Positions 1 to 8,232 of a DNA stretch of 64,000 nt are shown in pieces; positions within the stretch are counted from its first letter, which is position 1, and every line of letters begins with the position of its first letter. The stretch comes from Candidatus Daviesbacteria bacterium (lineage in GTDB: Bacteria > Patescibacteriota > Microgenomatia > Daviesbacterales > UBA10151): contig JAQUSJ010000001.1 of assembly GCA_028715175.1 (NCBI GenBank), positions 610,386 through 674,385 of the forward strand, in the 5' to 3' direction. Under the pieces are notes generated by a model, which was not told the origin of the DNA, ran no database searches, and was given only the letters and a program-made list of their open reading frames with translations. The translations under genes were made by a program, and so were the position numbers.

Positions 1-272
1 TAACGGGCCCAAATTAGCTCCCGAATTAAAGGTGCGGCAACAGATTGCCCGTTTCCGCCTAAAATTAGCCTTCTTTTTAAAATTCTTTCAATAGTCGAGC
101 GCAGGATTACTTCGTCTTCTCTGTAATCAATCGCTGTACGGAATTTTTCATACCAGGTAGCAAGCTCAGCCACCAGTTGATTTACGGAAATTGTCTTATC
201 ATAATGCGGAGTAGCGGTTCTGTCATATGCTGCAATCAGAGCCTGCGAAAATTTGTTTACTGTTTTTGACAT
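1..272 (-). CDS. Hypothetical protein, N-terminal fragment; the gene continues beyond the window start
   Basis: The reverse complement of 1..272 reads MSKTVNKFSQALIAAYDRTATPHYDK... from an ATG (complement of 270-272) with no stop before the window edge. It overlaps the over-extended start of the 253..1428 ORF. Confidence 0.35.
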   Translation of the reverse strand, partial: MSKTVNKFSQALIAAYDRTATPHYDKTISVNQLVAELATWYEKFRTAIDYREDEVILRSTIERILKRRLILGGNGQSVAAPLIRELIWAR

Positions 273-303
273 TTTGTGTGCTATAGTAATATTATCACAA
301 TTT

Positions 304-1428
304 ATGACCAGCGAGGAAAAATTTAATCTAATCACCAGAAGTTTAGAAGAAGTTTTGACTGAAGAGGAGTTGAAAAGTCTAATTGAATCTGGAGTCCCCT
401 TGAAACACTATATCGGTTTTGAAATTTCCGGAAAAGTTCACTTGGGAACTGGCTTTGCTACTATGCAAAAGATAAAAGATCTACAACAAGCCGGTGTCCA
501 AACCACTATTTTTCTGGCAGATTGGCATACTTGGTTAAATAAAAAACTTGATGGCACGCTGGAAACTGCCAAAAAAATGGCCAGAGTTTATTTTGAAGAA
601 GGTTTAAAAGCTGCAGCTTTATGTGTGGGAGCTGATCCTGACAAAATTGAATTTGTTTTGGGAAGCGAGTTGTATGAAAAAATGGGACAAAGTTACTGGG
701 CTGATGTTATAAGAGTATCCAAAGCCACCACCATTGCCCGGATGCTACGCTCCACTACCATCATGGGCAGGAAAGAAAATGAGATTTCAGACAGTGCCAT
801 GTTAATTTATCCTGCCATGCAATCAGCTGATATATTTGCATTAGGTGTAACCATCATCCATGCCGGAACAGACCAGAGAAATGTTCATGTTGTAGCCAGG
901 GAAGCAGCGGGGGAGATAGGCAAGCAAAAACCAATTGCCATTCATCACCACTTACTTCAGGGCCTTATGCAACCGGTTTTTAAAACAGATGAAAATGGAA
1001 AAAAAGTCATGGATCTGGAGGCGGCAAAAATGAGTAAGTCCAAGCCGGACAGCGCTATCTTTATTCATGATGAACCGGATGAAATCAAGAAAAAGATCAC
1101 AAATGCCTATTGCCCGGAAGGGGAAGTTGAATTTAATCCAATCCTGGACTGGACTAAACACCTAATTTTCTACCCGTCAGCTTCGCAAGGCGTCCCCTTG
1201 CAAGTTCAACGCGATCAAAAATGGGGAGGGGATATAACTTATGCTACTTATGAAGAATTAGAAAAAGATTATGCAGAGAAAAAACTTCACCCCATGGATT
1301 TAAAAAATGCCGTGGCAGCATGGCTGATTAAAAAGTTAGAACCTGCTAGAAAATATTTCGAAGACCCGCAGCGAAAAGCTGCCTTAGAAGAGATTGAAAA
1401 ATTAACCCAATTGAAAATTAATTTATGA
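304..1428 (+). CDS. tyrS: Tyrosyl-tRNA synthetase, archaeal/eukaryal-type class I
   Basis: A HIGH-like motif (GKVHLGT) and a KMSKS motif are present. There is strong colinear similarity to archaeal TyrRS (YIGFEPSGKIHLG, AYCPxGxVExNPI, LHPMDLKNAVA). The start is placed at the internal ATG at 304 because 253-272 overlaps the upstream minus-strand gene. Confidence 0.8.
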   Translation: MTSEEKFNLITRSLEEVLTEEELKSLIESGVPLKHYIGFEISGKVHLGTGFATMQKIKDLQQAGVQTTIFLADWHTWLNKKLDGTLETAKKMARVYFEEGLKAAALCVGADPDKIEFVLGSELYEKMGQSYWADVIRVSKATTIARMLRSTTIMGRKENEISDSAMLIYPAMQSADIFALGVTIIHAGTDQRNVHVVAREAAGEIGKQKPIAIHHHLLQGLMQPVFKTDENGKKVMDLEAAKMSKSKPDSAIFIHDEPDEIKKKITNAYCPEGEVEFNPILDWTKHLIFYPSASQGVPLQVQRDQKWGGDITYATYEELEKDYAEKKLHPMDLKNAVAAWLIKKLEPARKYFEDPQRKAALEEIEKLTQLKINL

Positions 1429-1544
1429 TGTATTCAAATAAATTTAAAACTTTCTGGATAATTTTGTCTGTTGTGGCCGGACTGGCAATTATCCTTTTCT
1501 CTCTATTGCCTCTTTTAACCTCGCTTTAGTGTTAAAATAGCCAC

Positions 1545-3671
1545 ATGAATTTTAATACGCCTTTATTGCAACTACCGGGTATTGGTTATACGTATGCCAA
1601 AAGACTGGAGAGACTTAATCTTTTCACTCTTGAAGATTTAATTTATCATTTTCCCTTTAGGTATGATGATTTTTCCAATACCACCTCAGCTCTGCAAGCC
1701 AAAATAGGGGAGTCTGTGACTTTGCAGGGAGAAATTTGGACAATCCAAAATATTTATACCAGATCCAGAAAAATTATTACCAAAGCCGTATTTAATGATG
1801 GCACCTCACCAATAGAGTTAACCTGGTTTAACTCCTCCTGGCTGACCAAACAGATTCAAACAGGGGACAGGTTACAGGTTTCAGGGAAGATCAGTAAATA
1901 CAAAAACAAACTTTCTATAATCGCTCCTCACTGGGAGAAGTTAGATGCTGAACAAAAACAGCTTCCCACTCGTCAAGTGGGAACGCAAATTCATACCGGA
2001 AGGTTGGTACCCATCTACCCTGAAACCTATGGGGTGAGCTCCAAATGGCTGCGCACTAAAATTGCCCAGCTGCTACCCCAAGTCTTAGATGAAATAAGGG
2101 ACCCGTTACCAAACCCAATTCGAGGCGAAATGTTGCCACTTGCACCCGCTCTCCAACAAATCCATTTCCCAAAAAATTGGGAGCAGACGGAAAAAGCCAG
2201 AAACAGACTCGGTTTTGATGAACTTTTTTTTGTATCTTTAGCAACTCAAAAAACCCGTCTGGAATGGAGCAAAATTCCGCTAGTTAAACCATTAAAAATC
2301 AACCCTGACAAATTAAACCAATTTATAAAAAAACTCCCATTTAAACTGACCCGGGCCCAACAAAAAGTCCTGCAGGAAATTACTGTTGATTTTAAAAAGG
2401 ATCAACCGATGAACAGATTAATCCAAGGAGAAGTGGGTTCCGGAAAAACAGTAGTAGCTGCCGCTGCCATCTATCTTGTCCACTTAAATAATCTAAAAAC
2501 GCTGTTTATGACACCCACGGAAATTTTGGCATTCCAGCATTTTGAAACCTTAAAAAATCTTCTGGAACCATACGGAATCACGGTAGGAATTTATACAGGC
2601 AGTAGAAAGCAGCTATCAAGAAGCGCGGGTGACGGCGAGAAAGGTGTCCCGACGCGTAGCCGCAGGAGCGAAGCGATCGAGGATGCACGGCGGGATATCG
2701 AGCCGGCAGGACCCGCGCAGGTGATTGTTGGAACTCATGCCCTTCTTTCCCAGAAACTACCCACTGACAATATCGGACTAGTTGTCATAGACGAACAACA
2801 ACGTTTCGGGGTAGAGCAGCGAACCCTGCTTCGAAAAAGAGCCAAAATCCCGCATTTCCTCACCATGACAGCCACTCCGATACCCCGAACCGTAGCACTA
2901 ACTTTATACGGGGATCTGGATATGTCAATTATTGATGAGTTACCCGTCGGAAGACAACAGGTCAAAACATATGTTGTACCTGAAAAGAAGAGGTTAGATT
3001 CCTACAAATTCATTGCCAAAAAAGTTGCCGAAGGTGACCAGGTGTATATTATTACACCTTTAATTGAACCTTCGGAAACTCTAACAACCGTAAAGGCCGC
3101 CAGGGTGGAGTTTGAGAAACTTCAAAAAGTTTTTCCCCGTCTTAAATTAGACCTGCTTCACGGCAGGATGAAAGGAGCTGACAAGGACACTATCACCAAA
3201 AATTTCCGATCCGGCAAAACCGATATTCTGGTTTCCACTTCTGTAGTTGAAGTCGGCATGGATAACCCAAATGCCACCATCATCGTCATTGAAGGTGCGG
3301 AAAGATTTGGCCTGGCTCAGCTGCATCAACTCCGGGGCAGAGTAGGCAGAGGAACAAAAGAGTCTTACTGCCTGCTTTACACATCAAATGCCTCAAGCGA
3401 CGATACAAGACGATTGAAATATCTGGAAACTACTTTTGATGGATTAAAACTGGCGAACTTGGATCTTAAAATCCGGGGAAGCGGGGAAATTTTCGGTACT
3501 GCGCAATCAGGCAGATTTGAGTTTAAAATAGCTACTTTTTCCAACATTACCTTGCTGGAAAAAACCAGACAGGAAGCACAAGATTTATTATCCAAAGACC
3601 CCACCCTTGACAAATACCCACTCCTCAAGGCAAAATTACAAGATATTGCATCAGGAGTGATGCCTGATTAA
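1545..3671 (+). CDS. recG: ATP-dependent DNA helicase RecG
   Basis: N-terminal wedge domain; Walker A GEVGSGKTVVA; DEQQRFGV (DEAH-like); TATPIPRT; C-terminal helicase motifs. It carries a GC-rich in-frame insertion at 2618..2722. Confidence 0.85.
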   Translation: MNFNTPLLQLPGIGYTYAKRLERLNLFTLEDLIYHFPFRYDDFSNTTSALQAKIGESVTLQGEIWTIQNIYTRSRKIITKAVFNDGTSPIELTWFNSSWLTKQIQTGDRLQVSGKISKYKNKLSIIAPHWEKLDAEQKQLPTRQVGTQIHTGRLVPIYPETYGVSSKWLRTKIAQLLPQVLDEIRDPLPNPIRGEMLPLAPALQQIHFPKNWEQTEKARNRLGFDELFFVSLATQKTRLEWSKIPLVKPLKINPDKLNQFIKKLPFKLTRAQQKVLQEITVDFKKDQPMNRLIQGEVGSGKTVVAAAAIYLVHLNNLKTLFMTPTEILAFQHFETLKNLLEPYGITVGIYTGSRKQLSRSAGDGEKGVPTRSRRSEAIEDARRDIEPAGPAQVIVGTHALLSQKLPTDNIGLVVIDEQQRFGVEQRTLLRKRAKIPHFLTMTATPIPRTVALTLYGDLDMSIIDELPVGRQQVKTYVVPEKKRLDSYKFIAKKVAEGDQVYIITPLIEPSETLTTVKAARVEFEKLQKVFPRLKLDLLHGRMKGADKDTITKNFRSGKTDILVSTSVVEVGMDNPNATIIVIEGAERFGLAQLHQLRGRVGRGTKESYCLLYTSNASSDDTRRLKYLETTFDGLKLANLDLKIRGSGEIFGTAQSGRFEFKIATFSNITLLEKTRQEAQDLLSKDPTLDKYPLLKAKLQDIASGVMPD

Positions 3672-3683
3672 TCCAAAATAACC

Positions 3684-3881
3684 ATGGCCTCTGAACCAAA
3701 ACGAAGACATTCTAAAGCACGCAAACGTACAAGAAGAGCCGCAATAAAACTGGCGATTAATCTTGTAACTTGCAAAAACTGCAGTAAATTAACTTTACCT
3801 CATGTAGTCTGTAAAGAATGTGGATTTTACGGAGGAAAAGCTGTAACTGCAAAGCAAAAAGTCAAAGTAACGAAGGCATGA
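3684..3881 (+). CDS. rpmF: 50S ribosomal protein L32
   Basis: 65 aa and basic. A CxxC...CxxC zinc ribbon (CKNCSKL...CKECG) is typical of L32. Confidence 0.75.
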   Translation: MASEPKRRHSKARKRTRRAAIKLAINLVTCKNCSKLTLPHVVCKECGFYGGKAVTAKQKVKVTKA

Positions 3882-4243
3882 AGAAAAAGTCTGACCCAAG
3901 GCACCTGAAAAGAACGAAACTCGTGCAAGAGTTATTCTCTTGGCAATTCAAGGATGATAAAAAACCCCCCTTACAAATCCGCGAAATAGTTTCTCATTTG
4001 TCTAAAATTGATAAATTGATTGCTAAATCTGCGCCGGACCGGCCTATTGTACAAATTAATAAAGTTGATTTAGCCATCTTGCGTCTTGCTGTTTTTGAGA
4101 TGATAATAGATAAAGAGACGCCTCCGAAGGTGGTTATTGATGAGGCAGTTGAATTAGGCAAGGAATACGGCTCTGATTCTTCTGCGAGTTTTATTAACGG
4201 CGCCTTGGGAAAATTAGTTGAAATTAAAAAAATAAGGACTTAA
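3878..4243 (+). CDS. nusB: Transcription antitermination factor NusB
   Basis: The C-terminal region has ILRLAVFEMI...PPKVVIDEAVELGKEYGSDSSASFINGALGKL, a NusB signature. The ATG at 3878 overlaps the rpmF stop (ATGA), and the longer ORF from 3818 overlaps rpmF. Confidence 0.7.
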   Translation: MKKKSDPRHLKRTKLVQELFSWQFKDDKKPPLQIREIVSHLSKIDKLIAKSAPDRPIVQINKVDLAILRLAVFEMIIDKETPPKVVIDEAVELGKEYGSDSSASFINGALGKLVEIKKIRT

Positions 4244-4253
4244 CCTTGCCTTT

Positions 4254-4529
4254 TTGACTAATCGTCAAAAACGTAAAGACCTGAAACATAAAATGAATAC
4301 CGAAATAGAAATCATTAAAGCGATTGCGGAACATCTAGGCCTCACCTCGGAGGATCTGGATCGTCATGCGCTGCTGCAGGAGGAATTAAATTTAGGTCCA
4401 ATAGAGTTAAACGATCTTCTTTCAGATTTATCTCAAAAATTTGATGTAAGTTTTGATGCCGTAGAGATAGAAGATTTAAAAACCATAGATGATCTAATCG
4501 TTTTAATTGAGGATAATTTATTAGAATAA
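4254..4529 (+). CDS. Acyl carrier protein-like small acidic protein; the conserved phosphopantetheine-attachment Ser appears to be replaced by Pro
   Basis: The ACP-like helix pattern LNLGPIELNDLLSDLSQKFDVSFDAVEIEDL aligns with the ACP segment [20 protein letters not shown]. It lies directly upstream of rnc, as acpP does in Bacillus-type synteny. The true start is probably the MNTEIEII ATG at about 4293. Confidence 0.5.
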   Translation: MTNRQKRKDLKHKMNTEIEIIKAIAEHLGLTSEDLDRHALLQEELNLGPIELNDLLSDLSQKFDVSFDAVEIEDLKTIDDLIVLIEDNLLE

Positions 4530-5218
4530 TGTCGAATAATGATTTTACCGATCTTCTTGAAATTCTTAACTTAAAATTCAAAAACCCAAAACTACTGAAA
4601 CAAGCTTTTCTACACCGGTCTTATTTAAACGAGGTCAAAGTTAGCCTTCAATCCAACGAGCGTCTGGAGTTTTTGGGTGATTCTGTTTTATCCCTTGTGA
4701 TTTCTTATTACCTATACAACCTAAGAGCTACAGATACAGAGGGTGATTTAACAAATCTTAGGGCGCATATTGTCAAAACCAAATCATTGTATAAAGCCGC
4801 AAAAAACTTAAATTTAGGTAAATATTTAAGTCTTTCCAAAGGAGAAGAACTTTCAGGAGGCAGGAATAACCCTCAACTGCTGGCAAACACATACGAAGCA
4901 TTGATTGGAAGTTTATTTTTAGACCAGGGTTTGGAAATTACCAGGAAAGTTATAGACAAAACATTGCTTCCTTTTTTCGAAAAAGAGCTAAAGTTAGGCC
5001 CGCCAAAAGATGCAAAATCCTCATTGCAGGAAATAGTCCAACAAAAATTCAAGGAATCCCCGCACTACAAAATTTTGCAAACCTATGGGCCGGATCATGC
5101 CAAAAAATTCACCGTAGCAGTATATATTTCCGGCAAGGAAACAGGACGAGGTTCCGGAAGTAGTAAGCAGGTGGCCGAAGAACAAGCAGCAAAACAAGCT
5201 TTGCAAGGATTGACTTAA
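4529..5218 (+). CDS. rnc: Ribonuclease III
   Basis: The RNase III signature ERLEFLGDSVL is present, with a C-terminal dsRBD (AKKFTVAVYISGKETGRGSGSSKQVAEEQAAKQAL). Confidence 0.85.
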   Translation: MSNNDFTDLLEILNLKFKNPKLLKQAFLHRSYLNEVKVSLQSNERLEFLGDSVLSLVISYYLYNLRATDTEGDLTNLRAHIVKTKSLYKAAKNLNLGKYLSLSKGEELSGGRNNPQLLANTYEALIGSLFLDQGLEITRKVIDKTLLPFFEKELKLGPPKDAKSSLQEIVQQKFKESPHYKILQTYGPDHAKKFTVAVYISGKETGRGSGSSKQVAEEQAAKQALQGLT

Positions 5219-5245
5219 AGCTCCGTCATCTATATACTTAACCCC

Positions 5246-5815
5246 ATGCTAAAAATTCGTTTAATGAGAATCGGTGCCAGGAAAAAGCCATTTTACCGGG
5301 TGGTAGTTGTTGATGAACGTGCCAAAAGGACAGGCGCCTGTATAGAATTGCTCGGGACATACAATCCTTTAACAGAACCAAAAGATATCAAGCTTAAACA
5401 AGATAGAATTGATCACTGGGTTAAACAAGGGGCACAGATGTCCACCGGTTTCCTTAGAATCACCGGTAAAGCCCCTCAAAGGCCACCCAGAAAACCAAAA
5501 AAAGAAAGTAAACAGGCAACAGGTGACAGTGAACAGGTAAAAACAGAAAAACAAGTAGAAGAAACTCCTAAAGAAGAGGTAACCAAAGAGACAACAAAAC
5601 CCGAGCCAGAGGTAGGCGAGAAGAGCGAAGATGTTAAAGCCAGCGCAGACCAGTCTTTGTCTGAGCCAGGTGAGGATGGCCAAAAGGCTCAAGCTATGAC
5701 GAGCGTGACGCCATCCGAGCCGGTCACGAGCGGAGCGAGTGAGGCGAGTTTGACTGGCGAGCAGGCTAACATCGAGCCCGTCCCAGAAAGCGAGAAAAAT
5801 GAAAGATCTGCTTAA
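5246..5815 (+). CDS. rpsP: 30S ribosomal protein S16 with a long low-complexity K/E/P-rich C-terminal extension
   Basis: The N-terminal 80 aa (MLKIRLMRIGARKKPFYRVVVVDERAKRTG...) match S16. The C-terminal roughly 110 aa are low-complexity and partly GC-rich. Confidence 0.75.
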   Translation: MLKIRLMRIGARKKPFYRVVVVDERAKRTGACIELLGTYNPLTEPKDIKLKQDRIDHWVKQGAQMSTGFLRITGKAPQRPPRKPKKESKQATGDSEQVKTEKQVEETPKEEVTKETTKPEPEVGEKSEDVKASADQSLSEPGEDGQKAQAMTSVTPSEPVTSGASEASLTGEQANIEPVPESEKNERSA

Positions 5816-6074
5816 TTTTATCGTAACCAATTTGGTTACCAAGCCGGAAGCTGTTTCGGTTGAGGAACAAAAAGACAACGAAAATATCAATCTAAACCTG
5901 ACAGTTGACCCAACAGATATGGGTTTGATCATTGGAAAGAACGGCCAAACAATCAGAGCCATCCGCAAACTTTTAACTGTTAGAGCTATGGCTGAGAATA
6001 TCAGAGTAAATTTGCAATTAACTGAACCGCAGGAGGATAAGAGGAATGAGGATACGAGTGAAGAGTCTTCCTAA
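5799..6074 (+). CDS. KH-domain RNA-binding protein (YlqC/UPF0109 family)
   Basis: It has a GxxG KH motif (IIGKNGQTIRAIRKL) and lies between rpsP and trmD in the conserved position. Confidence 0.6.
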   Translation: MKDLLNFIVTNLVTKPEAVSVEEQKDNENINLNLTVDPTDMGLIIGKNGQTIRAIRKLLTVRAMAENIRVNLQLTEPQEDKRNEDTSEESS

Positions 6075-6114
6075 TTTGACTCATCACTAGAAACTCTTAT
6101 ACTCTTATCCTAAA

Positions 6115-6819
6115 ATGAAATTTTCTATCATAACCCTTTTCCCTGAAGTCTTTGAACCCATCCTAAATTCATCAATCCTTAAACGGGCACAAAAAAAAGG
6201 TTTGGTTGAATTTGAGCTAATTAACCTACGTGATTTTGGAGAAGGTAAACACAAAGTAGTTGATGACCGTCCATATGGTGGGGGAGCAGGGATGATTTTA
6301 CGGGCTGACATTCTGACCAAATCATTAAAATCTATACTTTCCAAACTACCAACTACCAACTATCAACTATCAACTATCCTCACCTCAGCATCAGGATACC
6401 CTTATAAACAGAAGAAAGCTCTGGAATTTTCCAAAATAAATCATCTGATCGTCATATGCGGACATTACGAAGGGGTGGATCAGCGGTTTATTGACAAATA
6501 TGTAGACGTCGAAATTTCTATAGGGGATTATGTTTTGACAGGAGGAGAGATCCCGGCCATGGTCATTATTGATTCCATCACCAGGCTGATTCCCGGCGTC
6601 CTGGAAAAACCCGAAGCTACTGTAAATGAATCTTTTTCAAAGGGACTACTTGAACATCCCCAATATACCAGACCGGAAGAATTTGAAGAATCAAAAGTAC
6701 CAAAAGTATTATTATCCGGAAATCATGCCGAGATAGCCAAATGGAGAGAACAAAAATCTTTGGAAAAAACCCAAAAAATCCGCCCGAACCTGCTCAAAAA
6801 TAATGCAAGAAACATGTAG
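6115..6819 (+). CDS. trmD: tRNA (guanine37-N1)-methyltransferase TrmD
   Basis: SPOUT TrmD motifs are present: ITLFPE, DDRPYGGGAGMIL and GHYEGVDQR. It contains an in-frame 7-nt tandem repeat at 6349-6380. Confidence 0.85.
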   Translation: MKFSIITLFPEVFEPILNSSILKRAQKKGLVEFELINLRDFGEGKHKVVDDRPYGGGAGMILRADILTKSLKSILSKLPTTNYQLSTILTSASGYPYKQKKALEFSKINHLIVICGHYEGVDQRFIDKYVDVEISIGDYVLTGGEIPAMVIIDSITRLIPGVLEKPEATVNESFSKGLLEHPQYTRPEEFEESKVPKVLLSGNHAEIAKWREQKSLEKTQKIRPNLLKNNARNM

Positions 6820-7408
6820 AAACGACTACTTTCCCTTTTATCGAGTGCCTGATGGCAAAATTGCAAAAGGATTACATAGTGATGTTTTTAGCCTGGATGA
6901 TCAATGGGTTGTAAAAAGAATTAAATCCGTTTGGCAAAGAAAGGGTTGGGAAGAAAGGCTTATCGGAGATCTTAAGTTGCTTGATCATTATTTGGGTCCA
7001 TTTATTCCATCGACCACTCTTGTTATATGCAGTGAGGATGATAAAACTAAGACTTTGCTTACAGTACAAAGAAGAATTTACGGAAAACCATTAAGAGACT
7101 TATCTTGGGAAGAATTGCTTAATAATAACCAAGCGGTTGAAAATCTACTTGAACTTGAACAACGTATAAAACAAATGTATAAAGAAACCGGTAAAACCCC
7201 GGATCTACATGGTGGAACTAGGAATTTTTTACGGCAATACGATTTTAAATATTCAAACAATCTCTTGATTACTACAGAAGGTCAGGTTTGGTGGACAGAT
7301 GTAGATAGACTCGGCCCTTTGTGGTCACCAAATTGGATAGGCGGCAAAATCCATATGGCCTTGATGATGAGATCTTTCTCAACTTTTATCCACAAACTCC
7401 AGAAATGA
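6803..7408 (+). CDS. Hypothetical protein; possible atypical kinase-like fold (very tentative)
   Basis: A 201-aa ORF overlaps the trmD end. A VVKRIK ... DLHGGTRNFL ... WWTDVD pattern is loosely reminiscent of APH/Kdo-kinase-like folds. No firm family assignment is possible. Confidence 0.35.
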   Translation: MQETCRNDYFPFYRVPDGKIAKGLHSDVFSLDDQWVVKRIKSVWQRKGWEERLIGDLKLLDHYLGPFIPSTTLVICSEDDKTKTLLTVQRRIYGKPLRDLSWEELLNNNQAVENLLELEQRIKQMYKETGKTPDLHGGTRNFLRQYDFKYSNNLLITTEGQVWWTDVDRLGPLWSPNWIGGKIHMALMMRSFSTFIHKLQK

Positions 7409-7431
7409 ATCTCCACGGCTTAAAAGCCGCA

Positions 7432-7472
7432 AATGAAACCGTGTCAACCTAACCCACCCCAGGGGTGGGATG
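7432..7472. repeat. REP-like hairpin (gtgtcaa-cctaa-CCCACCCCAGGGGTGGG-atgaa-ttgacac) upstream of the RAYT-like gene
   Basis: There is a perfect palindromic core, CCACCCCAGGGGTGG, with outer complementary arms gtgtcaa/ttgacac. Confidence 0.7.
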
Positions 7473-7509
7473 AATTGACACCGTACCATTTTTAGGATAA
7501 TCTCAAAAT

Positions 7510-8232
7510 ATGCCCTTTCGCAAAATTCCTGTTGTTGCTGGTGAAATTTATCACGTATTTAATAGAAGCGTAGCCAGACAACCAATCTTTCTTGCTACCA
7601 AAGACTTCAGCAGAGCTATTGAATGTATCAAATTTTATCTACATGGTGATCTGCCTCTGCGTTTTTCTCACTACAATCGTCTTCCTGTAGAACAAAAAGA
7701 CCAAATAACTAAGCAAATACAGAAATGTCCCCAAATAGTAGAAATCCTAAGCTTTTGTTTAATGCCCAACCACGTTCATTTCCTGCTTAAAGGTTTAACA
7801 GAAAAAGGGATAATTCAATTTATGAGTAATTTTCAAAATAGTTACGCAAAATACTTTAACTTAAGAACAGACCGAAGCGGTACTTTATTTCAGGCAATGT
7901 TTAAAGCAGTCAGGATAGAAACAGACGAGCAGCTTGTTCATGTTAACCGGTATATCCACTTAAATCCGGTCACTGCTTATATAGTCAATAATATTGGGGA
8001 CTTAGAGAATTATCCTTGGTCTTCATACCCTGCTTATTGCAAAGCAAAAAGCTTGTCTTATTTAGATTCTTCGTCAAGTTTCATAACTAAAGAACCTGTT
8101 CTAAACCTTTTTAAAGATATACCTGCCTTTAAAAAGTTCACCGCAGACCAAGTCGACTACCAGCGTAAATTAGATGAACCTAACCCACCCCTGGGGTGGG
8201 AAATGCATACACCATCTATTCAAACGGATTAG
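7510..8232 (+). CDS. IS200/IS605-family HUH (Y1) transposase-like protein, REP-associated tyrosine transposase (RAYT)-like
   Basis: An HxH motif (MPNHVHFLL) and a downstream catalytic-Tyr region (NRYIHLNPV) are present. The gene is flanked by inverted REP-like hairpins at 7432-7472 and 8176-8210. Confidence 0.55.
   Translation: MPFRKIPVVAGEIYHVFNRSVARQPIFLATKDFSRAIECIKFYLHGDLPLRFSHYNRLPVEQKDQITKQIQKCPQIVEILSFCLMPNHVHFLLKGLTEKGIIQFMSNFQNSYAKYFNLRTDRSGTLFQAMFKAVRIETDEQLVHVNRYIHLNPVTAYIVNNIGDLENYPWSSYPAYCKAKSLSYLDSSSSFITKEPVLNLFKDIPAFKKFTADQVDYQRKLDEPNPPLGWEMHTPSIQTD
8176..8210. repeat. REP-like hairpin (gaacctaaCCCACCCCTGGGGTGGGa), second copy at the 3' end of the RAYT-like gene
   Basis: It has the same core and flank (aacctaa) as 7432-7472. 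Confidence 0.7.

Noticed and set aside
3818-3877. Longer NusB start (MWILRRKSCNCK...)
   Set aside because: The 20-codon extension overlaps the 3' end of rpmF in another frame. The ATG at 3878 overlaps the rpmF stop (ATGA) and matches the expected NusB length.
5369-5968. 199-aa minus-strand ORF antisense to rpsP and the KH gene
   Set aside because: It is antisense to two conserved genes. Its Phe/Leu/Cys-rich low-complexity translation is typical of a shadow frame in AT-rich DNA.
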